From: Octopus sinensis
Lineage: Eukaryota
Direction of reading: 5' to 3'
NCBI RefSeq assembly: GCF_006345805.1
Contig: NC_043000.1
Coordinates: 43,586,001 to 43,650,000, forward strand
Length of the DNA stretch: 64,000 nt
The number at the start of each line of letters is the position of its first letter. The stretch's first letter is position 1. Both the position numbers and the translations under genes were made by a program. Under the pieces are notes generated by a model. The model saw nothing but the letters and a program-made list of their open reading frames with translations. It had not been told where the DNA came from and did no database searches. Shown piece by piece: positions 24,610 to 38,372 of this stretch.

Positions 24610-24850
24610 ACCAACTGTGCAAACAACTTGAAGGAGGAAAGGGGTAGGTTGGAAAGAAGTGCGAGGTGGAAGGGTTGGACTAGATTCGGCAGAAGGCTCG
24701 TAGAATTGGAGGGGGTCGGCTGGAGGTGTGGTAGGTGAAAGGAAACGGAAGACGCGGAATGACGGGGTGGGTGTGGGGAGAAAGAGCAGAAGCGCGGTCC
24801 ACGGAACGCGCTCTGGCAAAGGCAGTGTGGACAGTGGTGTAGACAGATGT
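24610..24850 (-). mobile_element. GC-rich Penelope-like element fragment (thumb-to-endonuclease linker)
   Basis: Minus frame VHTAFARARSVDRASAL...RLPFPFTYHTSS...ILRAFCRI*SNPSTSHFFP resembles the PLE linker RA...R..LL...RIPLVLTYHP...I..HF..LQ.DP.T..IFP. Confidence 0.6.
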
Positions 24851-26194
24851 ATTAAATTAGGAAAGTTTATGCTGACAATGGTATGTTTTTTTATGTGACA
24901 TTAAGTGCATTTTTGTTCATCTAATTAAAATTAAGCATATCATTAACACATTAAAGGCAATAAAATAATAAACAATGTGTAGCATTATTAGAGCGTGAGA
25001 CAAAATAATCGTGTATATTTCTCTCCACATCCTCACGTTTAAATCACTTCATCTACTTTATCTTTCGTCCTTTCGGGCTTATGTAACATAATATCAATGA
25101 GAGGTTTTCAAATAGTATCGTCTAATCATTCTATTGAAAATTGCGTCTTGGGCATAAATTAGGCAGCCTATAAAACAGATTACAATCAGTATCAGCCCAA
25201 ATACAATATACATTCACAACATGTAATGACATAGTGTTTAGGTAGGATATATTGTCTAGTTATGTATCAGATAATTGAACGAAAATTGTCATATGATTGA
25301 CACGCAATTACACAGAGTAGCAAATTCAAAGCAATTCAACATAGTAATGTGTTGTTTTCAATACTCAACTATACTGCCACTCTTTATATGAAATGAATAA
25401 CTGTTTATAATATAAATATATTTCCAAATGCATTTTAATTATATTTCCTTTTTATATCTTTGCTATCTAAAATCAGCAAAGTATACCATCAGCAGTGATA
25501 CACGTTGATGAATACATATATCACACTTGAGAAGTGAATAAGCGCGCTTATGGATCCAATTAAGACAGATGGAAATTATACAATTAGATAAAGTTCGTAA
25601 TAGACGTCAGTTCATTTTAACATAGATTATTTTCACGGTCAACTGATGGAGCTTCAGGACAATGTTCATTAGCTGAATAATGGTGCGATCGTTCATAACG
25701 AGATTATGATTGGCTGATACACTAATTATATTTCCCCGTTTATTGCTCCTGATACCTCACTAATGCCTCACCATTCTTTCTGGTGAAGTGAGCTCTCCAG
25801 TTTCATGCGCATATTGAATTGCATATGTGTGTTTCGTATAGCTGTACATCAATTAATAAGATCAATAAATATTCGGAGTCAGTGAAGTTATGTAATGGAA
25901 AGTTTATCTGAAACTATTTAGTAGAGGTCTCTAGGTAGAAACAAAGTAGTAATAAACTTTTCCAATATCTGTTGCAAATCCAAAAACAGTCTGAAACATT
26001 ATATATTATTAAGGTCTGATATTGCTATATAATGTAATCATGTGAAAATTTCACTCAATAATATTTGAACTATATTTATATTAGAAATTACTTTATTCAC
26101 TCATTCATCTTCATGAAGCTAGGTCATTGCGTTGAAGAATTCTTGTCAAATGAACTGACCCCCAGTAATTATTTTACTAAAGCCTATTAATTAT

Positions 26195-26448
26195 TCTGTC
26201 AGTTTCTTTTGCCAAACAGTGGCTGAGGGCAAACACATACACGCACACATGCACACACACACATGCATACCCACACATTATGCGACGTGCTTCTTCGGTT
26301 TCCTTCTACCAAATTCATTCACAAGGCTTTGTTTCGGTCGAGGTTGTAGTAGTAGAATTCACTCGCTGAAGTTGTCTCTTAGTGGGACTGAATCTGGATC
26401 AATGCCGTTCAAAAGCAAAATTCTTACCAAACAGTGATGTTTGCGCGT
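26195..26448 (-). mobile_element. SINE family A, diverged copy
   Basis: TTCGGTTTCCTTCTACCAAATTCATTCACAAGGCTTTG...GTGGGACTGAATCTGG...TTCTTACC matches the 49481-49861 copy. Confidence 0.7.
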
Positions 26449-27830
26449 ATATACATACTTATACATATATACATACATATTGAAAGTAGTGACACCTGCG
26501 GGATGGTTTTCATTTGTATAATTCTTCGCTTGCACACTCTCCTGAAAGTAAATCTTTACAGATTCAGTCATCACTATTACCTAACAATATCATAAAATCG
26601 TCGAAAGTATATTATTTCTATTTCAAGCTGTGTGTAAATAAATGTTATCCACCACACAAGCGGAAATATTTATATAGGTAGTATAATTTAGTTTGCTATA
26701 TATCTCCCGTTCACAATCTTTTTTATGAAACTATGATGTAATTGTAACATTCACAGTTGGTAATTTTTATATGACTTGAAATATGTTATCTTCATTCAAG
26801 TGATACCAATTTACGAATAGCATTTAATTCCCGAGGGATTTAATGCAGTTTAACTTAGTTTCTCTGACAGGGAAATCATATGACGGTATATAATTAAAAC
26901 AAACTCCATTTACCTTTATTGATTCCGGTAATTTCTACAGTATTCATATTTTTAAAAGAATTTAAAGAAAACTGCAAACTATTATGTAACCTTATCATTA
27001 ACTCGCTGCCATATATAAATATCAGTCAAATAAATTGTTTAAATACACAACTGCAAATATGTACTTCTTTACGTGAAACTAAAATTTATATAGATAAAAA
27101 CTGAATAAAGATAAATATAACAAATGACACCATGTATATAAAAAATAGTTTTACAGTTTACTTGATATCCAACTTTTACATCTGAGTAGCCGAAATAGTG
27201 ATTGTACATAATACAAGGTTTTATTATAATTCTATTTTCTCCGTTCCACGTTAATGGAATAATTGACGGCAAAATGTGATGGTTATATATTATCTAAAAA
27301 ATCTGCAAAATATGTAGTTGCAAAGATGGGAAAATCAGCGACAGTTTCTCATTTGAACACTCTCAAGTGAAAAGTAATTTTTCTCTTATCTATTTTGCAT
27401 CTGAACCTGCCGAGACATGTTAAGAATAAATATGTAAATATTCATATTATCTACAATAAACCATTTGCACTATTAAGAACAAGGCAAGATGATATATACC
27501 ATTAAATCTTTTATCATTATGATAATCGGACATTGCTTACAGTTTATCATTTTTGTACTTGGCTTCAATTATTTTTGTTTGTTCTCTCAATGCACTACCC
27601 GCTGCAGTATTTTAGGCCTTCTATATTTGGAGTGTTTAGTCTTAGCATTACATTTTGTATTTTATTTAGGGTACTATTTCTAAAACATACACACGCGTGT
27701 AAATTGAAGGCTCTCTGATTATTTGAACGTTTTGGAGTTGTGTATTATGGATTCAATAACAAATTGCCTATATTCATAGAGATTGTTTTTACTCTCGTTC
27801 ATGACATTCTGTTTCAAGCAATCTGTCCCC

Positions 27831-27880
<50 letters not shown>

Positions 27881-28262
27881 CTTGTTTGAGGGACAATCTC
27901 TGAAATTCCGGATCGATATCTCAAGTAGTAGTCCATTCTTGTCTGAGAGACAAGGGAAAGCAATATCTCTCAATACAAACTCAATCTTCATGATGACATA
28001 GATTGCCAAATCCATTTATATAGTTGTTTAGTTGTCATTCACTCAGTTTCTTTCTGCAATATAAAAAAATATATATATATATATTTATATACCGGAGTAA
28101 ACACATAAATGTGAAACAAGGTGGAAAAAAAGAGTACTCAAATACCAGTGGTAGAGTAATATGCTTTATTTAAAGCAGCACCAAATTCTACAATTTAACT
28201 GCAAGGCCTTATGGAAAGGTTTTGTAGAATTTTCTGGTGCTTTAAATATAAAGTATATATAT

Positions 28263-28330
<68 letters not shown>

Positions 28331-29419
28331 GTGTGTATGTGTGTGTGTGCGTGCGTGTGTGTGTGCATATATGTATATATATCTATATATAACAACGCGT
28401 TTCTTTATAAATTGCATAATGCTGGCTTGACATCTGTTATGTGAAATTCCAGATCGTACATGCTTGTAGTTGCTTTATTACTTGGCTATGCTTAACAGAG
28501 ATTCTGTGAGTAATTGCTTAATCTTCACATCTAGATATTTTGTAGATTTTGCTAAAGTAAAGGGAATGAATTATTGCAGCGTAGGCCATGTTTTATGTTA
28601 TTAGTTTGTGATAGCGCATATCATAGATTATGTGGATTTATTATAGATTTTTCAGCGAGATTCCGTGCGTTGTATACTCTGCAATGTATGTTGCTTTATT
28701 ACGTGCTAATATACTATTATGTGTATTGCGTATAGGGATGAACGCCTACATTTCTACTATTGACTTGAAAGTGGCTTCCGTAGGATGTGAAATCAGCCTC
28801 ACATGTATTATAGGCTTTGAGCGGATTTATAACAACTGTGATATTATAACAGTTTACAATCTAGTTATGATTTTTGCTCTTCTCTTTTATGCGCTCTGTC
28901 ATACCTATTACACTTTATATCTCCTTGATGAATGACAATTTTGCTCCGTTATTCCAAGCTATCTTTTCATCCAGAGTAATGGAAATGTTTAGCTCAGTAC
29001 AATTATATTTCTAAAATATTGATAATTGGTGCTGAAGGTTTTCCTCCAAGTTACTGCGACCCTGTACAAGCAAATGTATATGTTTGCGGTCTAGTCATTG
29101 AACTATTTATATTGTGATTTTGAGCTATATAAACGTAATTCTTATATCTAAATATATTTGTATTTGAAAAGTAATAATGTGGCCAAATGACAACATTCGA
29201 TGATGTCAAATTTCATAAGTATTTGTGGTAACACATTGATGCTTTCCAGAAAATGGTAGAATTTTTTTCCAATTATAGAATAGAATTTTTAATGTAAAGT
29301 ATTTTTTATGAAGCATTGTCTGATATATCGATAAGTGTATTTTCCAAATTATATTTCTTTTTAAAGCCAAAACAATCCAAGTTATAGAAGTAATACAGGT
29401 TGGTGGTTTTGTCTGGTAT

Positions 29420-29456
29420 TTCAATATTTCAGGTTTACGAATCCTTCATCAGGAAC
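29420..29456 (-). ncRNA. Minimal hammerhead-like motif with intact core
   Basis: Minus strand GTTC-CTGATGA-AGG ATTCGTAAA CCT-GAAA-TA-TT-GAA; palindrome AATATT at stem III; stems I and II only about 3 bp. Confidence 0.45.
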
Positions 29457-29812
29457 TTGTTATAGAGAAGTGGTAAGCAGCTGACTTCTCTATTCTCTAG
29501 TATATAAATGTGAAAAGGGATGGTATGCCTTGCTATAGTAAACGATCAGTCGTGTGCAGGTCTAATCTATTTTAAACACGTGCTGTATGTATCTTAATGA
29601 AAAGAAACAACTTCCTTTGTTCACATGTTATCAATATTATCTTCTGTATTTTCGACGTAAAAGCTTGATGTCATTTCAGATTATGTTTTATGATGAAAGA
29701 AGCATTAGTATGCTACTGTTTGTAAATAAGATTTTGTATTTATGAAAAGGCAGTTCCGGTGTAAAGTTCGTTTCATTTGCTACATGTTATTTCATACACT
29801 ACGCAGGACAGC

Positions 29813-29888
<76 letters not shown>

Positions 29889-29905
29889 GTGTATGTATAT
29901 ATATA

Positions 29906-30834
29906 CGTGGTGCGTAAGGTGTTTGCGGACATACCAGTTTGGGGTTATTGCTGCATTCTTTGCTAACACTGTATGATCTTTGCTTCAGAAACTGATACTG
30001 CCAGACCCTCAGCTTACTCAAGAAAGCAAGAGACATGCTGTTATTGTGATTATTGTGATTTGTCAGAAAATTTTAAAACAAATCACTACATCAGATATAA
30101 AAGGCTATGAAACAAACTTAAAAATGCAGCAGAAGATTTGATTTGTTTTTCTCAAACGAGAAATTCTTCAACCAAGATCAAAAAGGAAACAGAAGAAATT
30201 ACAGATTATTATGTGCACACTTTTCTAAAGTTCAAAGTGTTATACATGCAAAATTTCCTGCAACAGTCATGATATTAGGGGTTGACAGTAATGAATGACA
30301 TGTGATGCCGCCATACGTCTTTCCATAAGGCCTTGCAGTTAAATCTGCCGCCTACATTGAGGGCCTGGAAATAAATTTAAAGTCCTGAATAGACAGTGTA
30401 TGTAATGAAAGGCCATATGCGTTTTAGTAAGTCTTTGCACTATCAAAAATGGCTCTAGTAACATGGAAATGGGATTTTCCTGATCACAAAACTTTGGCTT
30501 TTTAATTCGCCATATCTCAATCTACTGGGCTATTAGCTGTGCAGTGTTGTTGAGAGAGAGATCAACGAACAAGCCCATAACACCAAAGATTCTTTGAAAG
30601 CTGCCATAGTCAGAGTAATGTTGATAATAGAACCAGGACTACTTGATTCAAGCATGTACATGATTTAGATCTCGTATACAATCGTTTGTTGAAGTCGAAG
30701 GTAGCATTATTGAATAACATTAAAGAAAAGGTTTATTTTTTATCCTCTTTTGATAAATGAAGTTATTATCTGTTATTATAAATGCGTTTTATTTCATAAG
30801 CATTAATCTGTCCTCAAATACCTTACGCAGCCTG
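29906..30834 (+). mobile_element. Tc1/mariner DD37D (maT-like) transposon, internally deleted
   Basis: TIRs CGTGGTGCGTAAGGTGTTTGCGGACA and (revcomp) CAGGCTGCGTAAGGTATTTGAGGACA, with TA on both sides. Degenerate peptides LTQESKRHAVIV, FFS.EKFF.QDQK.NRRN.R.LC, KFPATVMILGV and HNTKDSLKAAI. Confidence 0.85.
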
Positions 30835-30879
30835 TATATATGTTCCATAAGATAAGAAGTTTGGCAGTGTACACATGGT

Positions 30880-31450
30880 GTTGTTTTGTCTGGGTGTGCT
30901 CTTGTTAGGATCCCCCGTAGGAAATTTCATGAGTGGGTCACTTATATATTCAGTCCATCCCTGCAGATAGGAGCATAGTTTATATTCTCATAAAGTTGTG
31001 GCAGTTTCAAGACCAAACGATTTCCGAGTAAGTGCGGGCTTTGTTATGTCGTCTCGAGATGTCCTGGCGTTTATGAAAGAGTATAGACAGCCATTCTCCA
31101 TTACGATTTCTCTGATTTGTATAATATCGGGGTCTTGTATAATGCAGCGTCGCTGCATCAACTGCGTATCCTGTGAATCCAGTTTATAATATAGGCTCTC
31201 TGATTAGCAGGGATGAATTATAACAAAACACTAGGTCCCTGCATGCCGCTTTTCTTTAGAAGTTATGGTACGTAGCTCCATTCCCCGTGATTTTGAGCTC
31301 GAAATGAAGCAGAGCCTCTTCACTTCAAATTTAAAATGTTCATCGATATAGTAGAACATATTGTATACTTCATCAATTGTCTCGCTAAAGGCCAGGAAAA
31401 TCCTAGGTAAAACGGAGTCAAGAGAAAACATCTCATTTGCAATGCCTAAC
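30880..31450 (-). mobile_element. Penelope-like element RT/thumb/linker fragment (inverted part)
   Basis: Frameshifted peptides ...HFKFEV, LHFELKIT, LRTITSKEKRHAGT*...IIHP, WIHRIRS*CS, IVMENGCLYSFI and LCSYLQGWTEYI follow the PLE RT, thumb, linker order. Confidence 0.65.
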
Positions 31451-31459
31451 TGACCGATT

Positions 31460-31800
31460 GGAAGGGAAAATTTACGTCTGTGAAGCAACGAGTGGTATCA
31501 GATCACGAGTGACAAATGCAACAAATTCTATATATGAAGTACTTAGGTACAATCTGACGAATAGGAATAGGGATAAAAGAACACCTGTACATTAATGATT
31601 CTTTCGCCAAAACACATGTACAGAAATTCCACACCCACTGGAAACAACCAGGATACCATTGAAGCTAAAGAAATATTAGGTTCTTAAAATAAAAGAAACT
31701 CTTTTAATCAAGAAATACACAGCGCATATTAATAACAGATCGAAATTGCACATAACTGATTGGTCACTACAGCAGCGCATAACAGCATGTCATACACTCA
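31460..31800 (+). mobile_element. Penelope-like element GIY-YIG fragment
   Basis: YQITSDKCNKFYI*ST...IKEHL...LKIKETLLIKKYTAHINNRS matches VY.I.C..C..YIG.T...R.KEH...LKIKE.L.I....P.LN. Confidence 0.7.
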
Positions 31801-31917
31801 CATTAGAGAACAGGGGAGTCAGCGGATAACTTTTCTACAATCTGAAATGCCAGGTAAAATCCACCAACTTGCATTACTTTAAAACTGACATTGTTACAGA
31901 TTTTCAAAAAAAAAATG

Positions 31918-31978
<61 letters not shown>

Positions 31979-32599
31979 TAATAATAGTAATAATAATAAT
32001 AATATTAATAATTGCTAACAAGAAACGATAAACTAGTTTTGATATTATCTATCACGAGGTTCATCTTTCAAGTATTATATTCGACGTTGAACTAATTTAT
32101 AATCCATTTGTTGTCAAATACTTCGGAATTCTATTTTACATTAAACATTGTTTTAAATCTTTATTCTTTTCTGATTAGGTGCGTTTTCTAAAACATTTCC
32201 TTCAGGTTGTTTCAGTTTTTAGTTTCTGATTTATTTTTTCGTATTATATACAGAGGAAAATGTTCGTTTCTTTATATTACGTTATTATGTTAATGAATTT
32301 AAAATTGCCACCTAATAAATAGTTTTCTACGTTCAATGCTGTTAATTTCTGATAGTACTCATTTGTTTTCAGTTCTCTCGGTGTTGCAAAACACGTAATT
32401 TATGTATTCTTGGTTTCTTTGAATGCTTTTAGAAACCTGTCAATTAACTACTGATCTTTTCAGCTTAATAATTTATTTCAGATTATAGTGTTGGATTTAT
32501 TGTTCATAAGTCGACAACTGGTGTATTTATTGCTATAAACTTATTTCTCTCTTTTTTTAGTGATATGATGTTGTCTTACATTTCTCTATTCTCTATGAT

Positions 32600-32790
32600 A
32601 CGAGTTTTACTTCCCTTTATAATTATATTCTTATTCCATAAATGTGTTCCATTAGGAAATGCATGATTATTATAACTCGTTGGCATTGGAACTGGCAACG
32701 ATCCGGAGAGTAACATGTATCCAGGAATGTGATGTACTGTAAATAGGCTTCTATAATGAATCCGAGATGTAAATATATGTTTTCTCATTA
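32600..32790 (-). mobile_element. LINE RT C-terminal remnant (CR1/L2/Jockey-like)
   Basis: ...PTSYNNHAFPNGTHLWN resembles the R.....Y..SFFP.....WN.L terminal motif; weak. Confidence 0.35.
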
Positions 32791-33883
32791 CTCTTCTTTC
32801 AAGGCTTCTAGCGGCTCCCTACACCGTCATTTCACGTCCGAACACACAACCTCCTTTTCGTAATATATTATTGAACTTAATGTAGATATGTTATTTGTAA
32901 ACAAATCAAAGACCGGAAGATTATAATTCTCTGTGGATTTTATTTTGTTGGATTAATGTTGTTTTCCATTTTAACTGCCATTTAGCACAGCTGAGAGTTT
33001 CTATGAATTTATTCTATTGTTCAATAAACATCACTTTTAAGGCATTTAGAAAAGAAAATTGTTCGTTAAGTAATTTCGAAATCAGAAGAGTAAACTTGAA
33101 AATATAGTAATTTGATTCGATGCACACTATTTGATATAAGTAAAATAAATGAATAACCTGTTTCAATTGCTAAAACAAGATTTTGTTTTTTTTCTTTCTA
33201 GTGTCTCGAACAGTGAACAAACTTAAAGGCGGATATTCTCAAAATAATTGCATCATTCCTTTTAACATTATCGATGTGCTTCTGCAGAAACGAGAAAATG
33301 AAAATAACAATAATACAAGAAGCTATCAATCGTAAAATAGTGTCTTGTCCGTGTCTTGGTGGTATAATAACTTAAGGTGATTGTCTTGCCTTCACGGGGA
33401 TTTAATTGCGGATATATGAGGATGCAAAGAGAGTACAACACAGGTTAGTGAACCAGCGTAAAGCCTACATCGAATAAGATGTCGTTGCTGAACGTCAACT
33501 AAATCTATTCAGAAAGAATAGCTTGTGATATTGCATACATTTCTTTCGCTTTTAAAAACTAATAGGTGCCGCTCTGCAAAATTCACACAAACATCTTTAT
33601 TGCGGATAATAAAAGATGCCTAGATTTCATATATTTTAACCTAATAAATATATATGAACTATAACTATTCATATAATTTTTGTTTCGAAATGTTAATCCC
33701 AATATAAGCATGCATTGAATTGTTTATACAAGTCATAACATGGACACTATTTTGATCTATCGAAGGGCATAGGCTGGGAACGTAAAAAAACTTTCTCACT
33801 ATACGAAAGTTAAAATAATACATATGTTTGTTGTTTACACACCCGTCTACGTCTTTTGCTTTTTTGTAAATTCTCACTATATA

Positions 33884-33940
<57 letters not shown>

Positions 33941-33961
33941 TATAGATCCATATATGCAAAT

Positions 33962-34049
<88 letters not shown>

Positions 34050-34548
34050 TTACGAATTTGTGTTAAATGTGTATAGAATAACATATCAGTTGAATAAATT
34101 TACAACATGGTCTGGTTTTCACATTTTTTATCATTGCATTTAAAAACATTTTAGGCACTTTTGAAGTTAGACATTAGAAAATATTTAGTAGTATTCATAA
34201 AGTTCAATTACCGCTTTCATACGTTCGTAGTAATCATCCGATTTGAAAATGTTTTGACTGACAGTTAATTTGAATTCTTAGACAACTATAGTAAAATGAC
34301 TGACCTTTTAGGCGGCTGTGATAAGCTAAATTTTTTGAATACGGTTTTAAGCAATCAGCTTGCAGCGTAAATGTTACGGTTTGTCGGGTGCACCGAGTTT
34401 ACTAGCGTTGATCCTGCCTTTATTCTAACCGATGAGCTTGCGGTTTACATGTAATGGTCTTATGAGTGAGCTCATAAAACTAATACAGAAATAACTTATA
34501 TATGCATATATATATATGCATATATATTTATGTATATATATATATATA

Positions 34549-34580
<32 letters not shown>

Positions 34581-34662
34581 ACATATATATGTATATATAC
34601 GTACATATATATATATATGTATATATATGTACATATATACATATACATATATGCATATATAC

Positions 34663-34725
<63 letters not shown>

Positions 34726-36448
34726 TACAACAAACACAAAACTAACACACATGTATGTCTATCTTTATATGGAGTATTTTACTACATTGTTTGTCTCTGT
34801 TTATTGTGGAAATTTCATGTTCATTTAGTTAGCTTTATGTTGTACCAAGTAACACAACGATTAAATACACAGAGTCAATGTCAATGACATGCATTCTGTA
34901 CCCAATATTTCACTTTATGTGTTTGTTTGACTCTTTAAAAATGATATTTGTGGTTCTTATTTTCGTGAGAAAACACAACGAGAATTTCCTTTTACTTTTG
35001 CTTTATATCAATCAAGTTACACTCCGACCTGTAGATATGCAAATATTCACTATGTCTTATAATCATTCAACCATTAAAAGCCGGGGAAAATGTCATGATA
35101 CATTATGCAATATCCATGCAATGATATTTCACTGAATCTTAACTCAGATGTTAAGAATAACGAAAAATTATCTTCTTGCTATTTGAACTTGTAACGTAAA
35201 AGTCGTGAAACACTGTCTAGCGTGACTTATAATTTTACAACTAAAGTGGAAATTCCTCTCCTCATAAGATATGTGCGAATCTGATATGTATTCTCAATAT
35301 TATAACGATAGGGCATTTTATTCAACAAGTACTTAATAGTATAGCGTTCTTGTTAATTAATTCTGTCATCTCTATTATCATTAGAATCATACCAAGAAAA
35401 TTAACACTGTTGACAACTGCAATAAAATCAAGTATATTAAATTTAATACTAATGTTATAAATTCAGGAAATCTGTGAACTTAACTGCTTTTTCTATGAAC
35501 GAGAGAGAAATTATTTAATCTGAAATGGCAAATGTTCGCTAAACTTAATTTAAATTCATTAAATAGTTCATTTTTATTTTCTCCGCTCCATATTGAATTA
35601 CCCATTTCAAGATTTGGATTATATAATATTGTACTATTGTATATACTGTTATTTAAAATTTTGTCTTTGATGTTTACTCATTCATCGGCGTTCCATCGCT
35701 AAAAACATGACATTAACTTATTGATGATATATTACCGTATATTATCCCTTACATGGCAGACTGTGCGTCTACAACCTCTTTCTGCTGTTAAAATCTTTTC
35801 ACACAAATTGGCTTGATATGCCCAAAGTGCTAATGCAAAACGCTAGATGATAGGCAACCATTGTATTTTAGTGTCATGTTAATTCTAAATTGTTTAATGC
35901 GCCTACATTTTCTGCATAAAATCTTATTGAACATTTAACATTGAATGCACATTCATGCAACCAATGTGAACATAAGAAGATTATTGAATCACCAGACCGA
36001 GTTGGCCTAATCGTATCATTCTCAGTTTCCTTCGCTTGCTTCTATTATTTGTAATACAATGACGATATTTCATAAATGATAGTATCTAACACTACTTTAC
36101 ATATTGTGACAAAAAGTAAAATGCATAAATATTTTGCAATAATTTCAGCTCATTCACAAATATAAATTGGTAAAGACTATAACATGTTTGTTTGCAATAT
36201 AGTTCATTTTTGTAGCTCCACTAGTCAGTAATGCTGGCGATGCCACTACATTTCCTGGGTTACCTGATAAATCATCCTCGGACCCAAGAGAAAAACTTCA
36301 TCATTAGGTTTCAAATAGTGTAGATGACCTATTGCATAGCTACAAAACATCTGGTATTTAAATATGTACTATATTGAGGATTGTAATTACGATCTTCATG
36401 ATGACGAGCAATACCAACACCATCACTCACCTTCAACGCTCTTCCATC

Positions 36449-37260
36449 GAGCTTTTTTTATACTTCTTTCAAAATTAAGATAAGCAAATTTCTTTTCTAA
36501 TCTAAAATGTACTCTCCTTCATTTTCTATAATGATCTACCATCTATCTGGTAGGCATGCAAGGCCCCTCTCCCAAAGTTTACTCGCCGTGACCAAAAATA
36601 CTCCACTAGTACTGTTTTGACCACGTCTACACAATTCATATTTTGTCTGTCCAAATGACTTTGAAAATTGTGGTATAAATGCTAATCAGATGGGGCAATG
36701 TCGAGCGAATATGATGGGTTGGGCATTGTTACCCATTCATAACTGATCCAGCCTTTGGAATGTCATCCTCGATGTATGTGGCCAAGCATTATTCTGATGG
36801 AAGAATAACTTTCGTCTTGAAACCAAAGATGATTGATCTTCCTTTAGTGCAGGTGTTGATGAATGGTTGAATGACCTATTTCAAGCTTCTATGCTAGTTC
36901 CTCAATAGTTACAATGGGATTTTGCTCCTCCAGGGTTTGCGGAATGTCCGCGTTTAGCTCTACAGATCATCCAGAACGAGGCTTAGCTACTAGGCTGTAG
37001 TTTCCGGCTCTTAAATTCTGGAATCACCTTTCACACTGGTTTACATTTATTGTCCGAACCTTGCCTTTATTGAACTCATAAAGCAAAATATGCCGAATAT
37101 GTTCCTTTTGTCACTTTCATTATTAAAGCATTGAAAAAATAACTGTTAAAATCGAAATGCACTCTTCAAGACTTGCACTAGGAAGAAGTACAAGGTAAAA
37201 TTACTACCTGTTTTTAGTTCATGCAAGTGAAAAAAAACGCATTATTATAGGATCACACAA
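36449..37260 (-). mobile_element. Mariner DD34D transposon, internally deleted
   Basis: Minus-strand peptides MKVTKEHIRHILLYEFNKG, NQCER.FQ.F..GNYSL...PRSG, SRRKLFFHQNNAWPHTSRMT and ENEGEYILD*. Degenerate 5' TIR TATTGTGTGATCCTATAATAATGCGTTTTTTT at 37231-37262. Confidence 0.8.
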
Positions 37261-38283
37261 TATAATGAGCACAAATAAGAAAATGTTTTTCGTATAAATG
37301 TAGTATATACTAAGTTAGATACATTAGATTTTCTCAGTAAATCCTATATTTCTACTCAGGATGCCAGAACGTACCTTTTGTAGTCTACACTACAGACCAG
37401 GTGTTTATGTTAGGTGTTATAATCTGTTGTTTTACTTCAGTGATTAATAAAAAAAATTACAGTTTTCCCTAGAGTAATAAGGTGTACCTTAACCTTGGAG
37501 ATTTACCGAATTACATTTGCCATTCAATGGTGAATTTACATTAATTATAATGTACAGATGGATATTTCATCTGTAATACTTGTTTTATTGCGTATAGCAC
37601 ACATACAGAAATCGCGTGTGCCCACACATTAACACGTACACATGTATGTACTTAAGTGTAGATCTCGTGTGAGCTCTTTAGGTCTGTGTTAAATTAAATA
37701 ACCTCCGGTTTCATTCATTGTATCCTGCACCCACATACATCTACACTCACATCCATCTTCACTCACATCCATGATATTCTTTTGGACAGGACAGTAACCA
37801 CAAGAGAACGTGTGGTGAAGAGAATTTGAAATACGTATAAGTTTCAACAGCGGATTTACAAACTGTATCCGTTTACCAAATGCAGCACTACAAGACTATA
37901 TTATAATCCACTTGATCATAGGAACAAGCACAGGCATAATCCGGGTAAATCAGGCTGCGAAACAGACGCTTCAGCTTGATACGATTCCCCTACTCATACA
38001 CACTTAAACCTCCCATATATACGCACATACATCTATTATATATATATATATATTACTGCGTGCCAAATAAACATAATGCTTTTTGAAACCGAATGAAACG
38101 CTTTAAATATTAATATATTTTATTTATTCTGGTGATTTCTAACTCACAAATTGATGATATTTTGTGTGTGCGAGGTTGTGCGTGATTGCATGTGTGTTTG
38201 TATGTGTGCTTGTGTTTGCAAGTGTGTGTGTGTATGTATATATATACATACATACATTCATATATATATATATATACATACAT

Positions 38284-38372
<89 letters not shown>

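Noticed and set aside
36264-36350. Possible minus-strand exon MFCSYAIGHLHYLKPNDEVFLLGPRMIYQ with CAG|GTAACC donor
   Set aside because: Weak polypyrimidine tract, no recognisable homology and no partner exons; needs RNA-seq.
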